Assembly: GCA_951406725.2 (NCBI GenBank) | Contig: OX597825.1 | Coordinates: forward strand, 5,642,001 to 5,706,000 | DNA: 64,000 nt | From: Octopus vulgaris | Lineage: Eukaryota | Reading direction: 5' to 3' | In this document: piece after piece, positions 55,416-64,000 of the stretch | How positions within the stretch are numbered: position 1 is the stretch's first letter | Layout of the letters: each line of letters opens with the position of its first letter | Made by a program: the position numbers and the translations under genes | The notes under the pieces: model-generated | The model's database searches: none | Told to the model about the DNA's origin: nothing | Seen by the model: the letters and a program-made list of their open reading frames with translations, nothing else

Positions 55416-55616
55416 TACAATATTAGATTTGTACATATATATATATACAAGGGTATATATATGTACATGAGTATCTATATCGCCAATGATAGAAGCCGAA
55501 TAATACTTCTGTACCACCGAATAGTCACAAATCTATTACAGACAAGACAGGAAAAAATATCAGTGAACAATAATAATGTCTTACCTGAAAGGGGTCAGAA
55601 CAAGTAAATGCTGGCC

Positions 55617-55679
55617 AACTCGGTACCGGTTTCGAAATTTAGCGCCTCATAGGCGCGTGATTTCTCATCAGCCAAAGTC
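55617..55679 (-). ncRNA. Minimal type-I hammerhead ribozyme motif
   Basis: Minus strand gactttgg-CTGATGA-gaaat-cac-gcgcct-atg-aggcgc-taa-atttc-GAAAC-CG-GTA-ccgagtt: two-part stem II (5+6 bp), palindromic stem III ACCGGT, GUA triplet. Confidence 0.85.
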
Positions 55680-55780
55680 TTCCAGCTAAATAACTACTAA
55701 CAATCTCCCCCATCATGCCTGCAAAAGTTCGTTTGAAATGACCAAGCACCGTACGAACAGACCAAATGTTTGTAAGACAT

Positions 55781-55982
55781 TATTTAATTTAATTTAATTC
55801 AATTTAATTTTTTTGCTCAAAAAGCAAAAAGCAAGGCCATGTAGGGGGGGCATGGAGTTATGTACAGGGAGGGTGTTCATACAATGAGTTCAGGCCATTT
55901 CTGGTCAAGAGAGACTTTGAACCGAACGGTCGTCGGCATCTTCACTATCTCGTCCGGCAGCTTATTCCACGGACCCGCAAAC
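55781..55982 (-). mobile_element. 3' end of a CR1-type LINE with (AATTA)n tail
   Basis: AGPWNKLPDEIVKMPTTVRFKVSLDQKWPEL matches WNxLPxxVVxAxxxxxFKxxLD. Confidence 0.78.
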
Positions 55983-56074
55983 TTAGCCACGTTATCGGGC
56001 CTCCTTTTGTTGTGCTTTTGAGTCAGCTAGCTACACTCACTCACATATCATTATTATTATTATTATTATTATTA

Positions 56075-56136
<62 letters not shown>

Positions 56137-56519
56137 ATTATTATTATTAGTCACTGTATATTTAGAGAAATGTTCCCCTCTCGAAATAGAGATCATAACT
56201 TTGAGGCCAAGCACCAAAATTCTTCGCCAGTACCATCATTAAATTGAAAACAACACACACACATATACACACGCGCGAGCGCTCCCGCGGTCTTAGAAGA
56301 CTATTACGTTTGACAATAAGGTGCTGGTTCTCTTGCACATAGGTTAGAAATGTTGGGATGGTTACAGCTGGAATGCTTTTGATCCTAGGTGTCTCTCTGC
56401 TCGACCAAGGCTGCACTGGAGTACATAACAACAGCAACAATACTAACAACAACAACAACAACATCAAAAACAGTCATTAACAAAAGTAAAGCTTAATGTT
56501 GGCTACTCCTAGAAAAGCT

Positions 56520-57235
<716 letters not shown>

Positions 57236-58114
57236 ACATATTATTACACTCCTACAAATCCCGTAAGTCAACACTCCCCAAATAGTATAGAAAGTGTTAC
57301 ACAGTTGGTGTGTACATCGCTTAAATAATTAGAGGAAGTCTCTTGACGGGCGCCAGCTGGGAAGCATTCGGAGTAAACGGAACTTGCCACCATTTCAACT
57401 GCTTGTGCTAAAGCCAACACCACGAGGGAACTGCTAAGTGGTACTTTGATTGGCTAAAAATAACAGTAACTGAGTTTGCTCTCGAGCTACGCTCTAACGT
57501 CGTGGAAAAGAACTCCTTAAATAACATGGCCCTGAGTTCTCTGCTTATTGGAATGGATGTGGATGATCACGGCCGGAATGAACACAGGCCTATTGATCAT
57601 AGGTCTGCTCCAGCAAAACTGACCAGAGATTAAACTACAATACGAACAACAACACGAACAACAATGACATTTATCATTTTCTAACTGAGCTTTCTTACTC
57701 TCAAACCAGTTCTCAAATGTCCTGTGCTATATCTTGGAGCTCTAACATCAAGGACCAAACCCGCCCACAAGGTTTTTGCCAGGACCGAGGCTATAGAAGA
57801 GACACTTGCCCAAGATACGACACCGAGGGACTGAAACCGAAACCATACGGTTTGGAAGCAATTTCCTTAGTACACTGCAACGGCTGCGCCTATATACCGA
57901 CATATTTTTTCTCAAGTAACGGGTAGTATTTTGATCTTGACGAGCTATTAAAACCATAGTTTTACTGAAACTGAGTTCGTTTATAAAGACAAATCGACAT
58001 CTTTAATTTTACAGAAGAAAATATATCACAATGAGTTAATTTCTGTAGAGAAAATTTTGACTTTTCGGACAATTTTCCTTTTTCAAAAACAGGGCATAAA
58101 TACATAAAGTCAAA

Positions 58115-58314
58115 TGACACAAGACCCGAAATTTTGAAGAGGGGCCTAGACGATTAGATCGACCCCAATACGCGACTGGTACTCAATTTATCGACCCCTA
58201 AAGGATGAAAGAGAAAGTAAAAAACAGTGGAATTTGAACTCAGGGCATAAAGCAGACGAAATACCAGTATGGATTTCGCCCGGCGTGCTCATGTTTCCTC
58301 CCAACTCGTCGCCT

Positions 58315-58315
<1 letters not shown>
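58115..58315 (-). mobile_element. Old SINE family B copy
   Basis: atcgacccc..aaggatgaaa..ggaatttgaactcag..gacgaaatacc..tttcgcccggcgtgct. Confidence 0.75.
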
Positions 58316-58390
<75 letters not shown>

Positions 58391-58602
58391 TGTGTGTGTA
58401 TGCATATATGCTTGTGTTGTTATATGTGCGTATGTGTATACATCTCTACACATACATACATAATACATACATACATACATGCATAGGATATCCACTCGCA
58501 AGGATACAATAGAAGGAAAGATTTTGCTCACTGAATGTCAGGCACAAAAGAATCGTACCCGTAACTATGTAATTGCGAAGCGAACTTGTTACCCCAGCTC
58601 TC

Positions 58603-58669
<67 letters not shown>

Positions 58670-58694
58670 ATTTATCTATCTCTATCTCTATCTC

Positions 58695-58741
<47 letters not shown>

Positions 58742-58892
58742 CTCTATCCGTACGTCTATTGACGCCCACGTCGACTTGAATAAGTAACCGATGTCCAATG
58801 TACAAGTATCGATAATCATGCCGCTTACAAATTCCTTGAATGCAGTGCTTCAGTGTGGTCACAGTTCAATAACAGTAGTAGTAGTAGTAGTA

Positions 58893-58946
<54 letters not shown>

Positions 58947-59083
58947 CAGCAGTAGCAGCAATAGAGGCAGTGGTAGTAGTAGTAAAGGCAGCGGTAATAG
59001 TGGTAGTTGTAGTAGTAGTAGAGGCAGTGGTAGTAATAGTAGTAAAGGCAGTGGTAGTAGTAGTAGTGGTAGTAGAGGCAGTT

Positions 59084-59135
<52 letters not shown>

Positions 59136-59959
59136 AGACAGTGGTAGTAGTAGCAAGTGCTGGTGTCGGTGCTGGTCGTAGTAGTGGGAGTAGTAGTAGC
59201 GGTGGTGGTAGTGGTTGTAGTGGTGCTGGTAGTAATAGTAGCGACGGCAACAGCCGCAACACTAGTAGCAGCAGCAGCAGCAGCAGCATCAGTAATAGTA
59301 GTAGGGGTAGTAGTAGCTGCCTATGAAAATACCTGAATCGGCATTGACTAATGCTCTTATTAATTTCAGTAATTTATTTTCGTTCTCTTTTCGTTTTATT
59401 TTACCCCCCTCTTAGGGGTGTTAGGGGGGGGAAGGCGGAAAGGTTTGTATTTATGTTCTTCTGTTTCTGTTTTAGCCGTACGGTTCACGGAGCAGGTTCA
59501 TAATATTCGCATACCGCAGTAACGCCAGGACATACTCAAAAAGTTCTAGATTAGCATTGAAGTACCCCCGCCAAAACAAAAACGTCTCCTCACAACACGG
59601 CTCAGTGAATATGTCCCAATGACCTAAAAAACAAGAAAGAAAAAAAACCACTGAACGATAGCTGGGAGGTGGTGGTGGGTGTTTGAGGAGTGCGGGGGGA
59701 GGGGGGAGCACGATGACAATATCAATGCCGCGAGTCGTCGCTTAGCTTACGTTATGTGTGTAGTCATGTGAGGATCATCTCGGTGAAACAAGCTATATTT
59801 ACTAAAAACTAGTCAGCATGAGTCGGCAAAAAGCTAAAAACAAAAACACAACATTCGACAAAAAAAAAAACCCAGAAAAGGTGGGAAAGAGAGAAACACG
59901 GAAACAATGATGAAATAGTTTAGAAGACTCGTCAGAGCGTCGAACAAAATGTTTTTTAT

Positions 59960-60190
59960 TTCTCTTAATTCTTTTATTTGTTTCAGTCATTAGACTGCGG
60001 CCATGCTGGGGCACCGCCTTGAAGAATATTTTAATCGAATTAATCGACTTCAATACTTAGTAACCTTTTAAGCGTGGTACTTAGCTTATCGAAGTCTTTT
60101 TTGTCGAACCGTTAAGTTACGGTGACGTAAACATACAAACACCGGTTGCCAAGTGATGGTGAGGCACAAACGCACACACACGCATATATA
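59960..60190 (-). mobile_element. SINE family A, 3' half (older subtype)
   Basis: tttcagtcattagactgcggccatgctggggcaccgcc...gtaaaca. Confidence 0.75.
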
Positions 60191-60278
60191 TAGCAGTAGT
60201 GCGGCACGAGCTACCCTTTTCAGAAGCGGACCGCAAAGGACTCCGTTGCTCGTGCTTGATCGATGGCGTCGAAAAAAT

Positions 60279-60823
60279 ATTTCTTTATTGCTCACAGGTG
60301 TGGGCGCTAAACATGGAGGGGACACACAAGGACAGACAAAAGGATTAAGTCGATTACATCCACTCCAGTGCGTAACTGGTACTTATTTAATCGACCCCGA
60401 AAGGATGAAAGGCAAAGCCGACCTCGGCGGAATTTTAATTCGGAACGTAACAACAGACGAAATACTTCTAAGCATTTCGCCCATCGAGCTAACGATTCTT
60501 ATTTCTTTATTGCCCACAAGGGGCTAAGCATAGAGGGGACAAACAAGGACAGACAAACGGATTAAGTCGATTAGATCGACCCCCACCGCGTAACTGGTAC
60601 TTAATTTATCGACCCCGAAAGGATGAAAGGCAAAGTCGACCTCGGCGGAATTTGAACTCAGAACATAACGGCAGACGAAATACGTATTTCTTTATTACCC
60701 ACAAGGGGCTAAACATAGAGGGGACAAACAAGGACAGACATAGGCGGAATTTGAACTCACAACGTAACGACAGACGAAATACCGCTAAGCATTTCGCCCG
60801 GCGTGCTAACGTTTCTGCCAGCG
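60279..60823 (-). mobile_element. SINE family B tandem array (three units, one internally deleted)
   Basis: Junctions near 60499 and at 60684/60685. Confidence 0.85.
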
Positions 60824-61021
60824 TCGAGAAAATATTGTACATTATTTGTTCTAGCTCTCAACGTTCTGAGTTCAAATCTTGCTGAGATTAACTCTCATCA
60901 ATGCTCTCTATTATTTCCGAGTTCATAAAATAAATTATCAGTCAAGTACTGTGATCGATGGTATCAAAATAACCCTCTCCCTTCGCAATTGCTGACATTG
61001 GGCCTCAATTAGAAACTGTTA

Positions 61022-61290
61022 TAACAAGAGCACTCAGAAAGCGCAAACCTCCGCCAAAGCAACACCGACGTCCTCCTCAATGATTAGCCAGAGATGATTT
61101 TTAAAACAAGAATATCTGAAATAAACTCTACTGCTCTTACAAACAAGAATACTAAAAATGAACCCAACCGCTCTCAAAAGTCAATTGAAAAAAAAAAACT
61201 GGGAAAATATTCCACAATCCTTGTTCGGTACCGGATCGATCCCAAAATCTAATCAGTCCGTGCCAGTCTCGAGGCCAAACATCCCTGCTA
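61022..61290 (+). mobile_element. Possible Helentron-type non-autonomous element, 5' part
   Basis: Starts ACAAGAGCACTCAGAAAGCGCAAACCTCCGCCAA, later CGGATCGATCCCAAAATCTAATCAG; a matching palindromic end-like motif CCGCCTTAGCTAAGGCGGAGGTAA lies at ~52414-52437. Family assignment is from recall. Confidence 0.45.
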
Positions 61291-61894
61291 GCTAGCTGCC
61301 TTAGCACATTAAAATTAAATTAAATTAAAATGTATTTGTCACGGAAGAATCCCAAGTATTAGAACGACCTTTTATATGTATTAGAACGACCTTAAATGCC
61401 TAATGATCTTATAAAAGCTGGAGGTAGTGCTGTACTATAGTAGCGAAGCATTTAGCGCAGGTCTTCTGGAAATGTAGAGCACATACCATATGTTACCCGA
61501 GTTACAAGGTTAACTGATCACACGATAATAAAAAAAAAGATAATAAAAATAAGGAAAAACATTAACACACACATATATACATAGATATTTAAATACATAC
61601 ATACGCACGTACATAAACAAATACTTACATATCTAAATGCGTTAATAAACACACAGTTAACTACATACATGCACACATACATAAATGCCAAAATACATTA
61701 CAAGCATACATACATACATACATACATACATACATACATACATACATACATACATACATACAATATATACACACACGCACACACAAATACACATACATGT
61801 ATACATACACACATAGAAACATACAAGCAAACATCCATGTGTGTGTATATATATATATACAGTTGCCATGATTGATCTCTAAATCCACAATTTC

Positions 61895-62046
61895 TTTTCA
61901 TTCTCTGCTTTTTTCCTCATGTTCCTTCCTGTTCAAGAGCGTAGACTCGAAACGTAAAAGACTTTCTCACCTTCCCAAGCATCAAACTAATACACTTGCT
62001 GGTTGTTTAAAAGCCTGTCTTCGTCTTTTGCTTTTCTGTGAATTTC

Positions 62047-62050
<4 letters not shown>
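61895..62050 (+). mobile_element. Degenerate copy of the 15958-16125 element, ending at (TA)n
   Basis: cctgttcaagagcgtagactcgaaacgtaaaagactttc...actaataca...ttgttt. Confidence 0.6.
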
Positions 62051-62136
<86 letters not shown>

Positions 62137-62219
62137 TTATTTTATATATTATATATATATAATATTATAATATATATATATATATGTATGTATGTATATT
62201 ATATATATATATATTATAT

Positions 62220-62293
62220 GCATAAATATATATATTTATATGTACATACATACATGCACACATACATACATACATACATACATACATACATAC

Positions 62294-62324
<31 letters not shown>

Positions 62325-62337
62325 CATACATACATAC

Positions 62338-62368
<31 letters not shown>

Positions 62369-62573
62369 CATACATACATACATACATACGCACATACATA
62401 CATTCATACGTACGTACATACATACATACATACATACATACATACATACATACATACATACATACATACATACGCACATACATACATACATTCATACATA
62501 CATACATACATTCATACGTACGTACGTACATACATACATACATATATACATACATACGTACGTACATACATAC

Positions 62574-62604
<31 letters not shown>

Positions 62605-62941
62605 CATACGCACATACATACATACATTCATACATACATACATACATTCATACGTACGTACGTACATACATACATACATATATACATACATACGTACGTA
62701 CGTACATACATACATACACACATACATACATACATACATGCATACATACATACATACATACATACATACGCACATACATACATTCATACGTACGTACATA
62801 CATACATACATACATACATACATACATACATACATACATACGCACATACATACATACATTCATACATACATACATACATTCATACGTACGTACGTACATA
62901 CATACATACATATATACATACATACGTACGTACATACATAC

Positions 62942-62972
<31 letters not shown>

Positions 62973-63331
62973 CATACATACATACGCACATACATACATA
63001 CATTCATACATACATACATACATTCATACGTACGTACGTACATACATACATACATACATATATACATACATACGTACGTACGTACATACATACATACACA
63101 CATACATACATACATACATACATGCATACATACATACATACATACATACATACATTCATACGTACATACGTACATACATACGTACATACATATATACATA
63201 CATACGTACGTACGTACGTACATACATACATACATACATACATACATACCAACATACATACATATATACATACATACATACATACATACATACATACATA
63301 CATACATACATACATACATACATACATACAT
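62220..63331. repeat. 1.1-kb (CATA)n array with CGTA/CGCA/CATT variants
   Basis: Directly visible; variant order recurs. Confidence 0.97.
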
Positions 63332-63538
63332 GTAACGATCTGTACAGCATTTATAATGTTTACACAAACGTAGAACATAATTTTGCATTAACATTTTCTC
63401 TTGGGGAAAAGTCTCTTAAAAGACTTTCTTACTCTCTGTCTCTCCCTCTATTTCTTTTTATTCTTCTCTCGAACTCACTCTCTTTTCCTCTATTCTTCTC
63501 TCTCTCTCTCCCCAAATGTTCTCGTTCTCTCTCTCTTA

Positions 63539-63594
<56 letters not shown>

Positions 63595-63791
63595 TGGTTA
63601 CATGTGTATATGTGTGTGTTTGTGTATATACGTGAGTGCGTGTGTATGAGCATGTGTGAGAGAGCGAGTATCTCTGTGTTTCTGACAGTTCGTTTAATGT
63701 ACGTAATATATCTTCTCTCGGAGAATGGCGACGAACTAGCAGAATCGTCAGCACGCCGGACGAAACGTTGGGCTGCATGCATGCATGTATG

Positions 63792-63867
<76 letters not shown>

Positions 63868-64000
63868 GTATGTATGTATGCATGTATGTATATATTTATG
63901 TATGTATGATTTCTTGAGTTTAATTTAGTTTTTTTCTTGATAGAGTTCAAGTCAGTTGCTGACAAAGCGGAGATCGAGTTTTTGAGTTAAAATGGTTCCC

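Noticed and set aside
59461-59625. Splice-acceptor-like ttctgttttag followed by unique sequence
   Set aside because: No frame gives a recognisable protein and no partner exons were found; needs RNA-seq.
62038-63909. 623-aa and 393-aa ORFs
   Set aside because: (CATA)n translation (YIHT repeats).

Overview
AT-rich, gene-poor eukaryotic (animal) DNA, intergenic or deep intronic. The SINE families and very dense TA/CA/CATA/GATA/CAT/AAT microsatellites look like an octopus/coleoid cephalopod genome; this assignment is from recall, not a search. I recognise no intact host protein-coding exon, and nearly all listed ORFs are microsatellite artefacts. The window holds at least four tRNA-headed SINE families plus decayed fragments of L1/Tx1-, CR1-, RTE- and R4/Dong-type LINEs, mariner/Tc1, a Chapaev3-like DNA transposon and Helitrons. 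The main signal is a set of short non-coding elements mostly lodged in or beside (TA)n tracts. They carry 40-140 bp inverted repeats and/or minimal type-I hammerhead ribozyme motifs (CUGANGA...GAAAC-short, often palindromic loop-GUH, with checkable stems I and II). About 10 hammerhead-like motifs from several families occur in 64 kb, consistent with non-autonomous Penelope-like/retrozyme-like elements. A second signal is a SINE whose 3' end repeatedly abuts GGTATT, both at target-site duplications and inside its own head, forming head-once tandem arrays. Coordinates were read by eye; element boundaries are approximate to about 10-20 bp.
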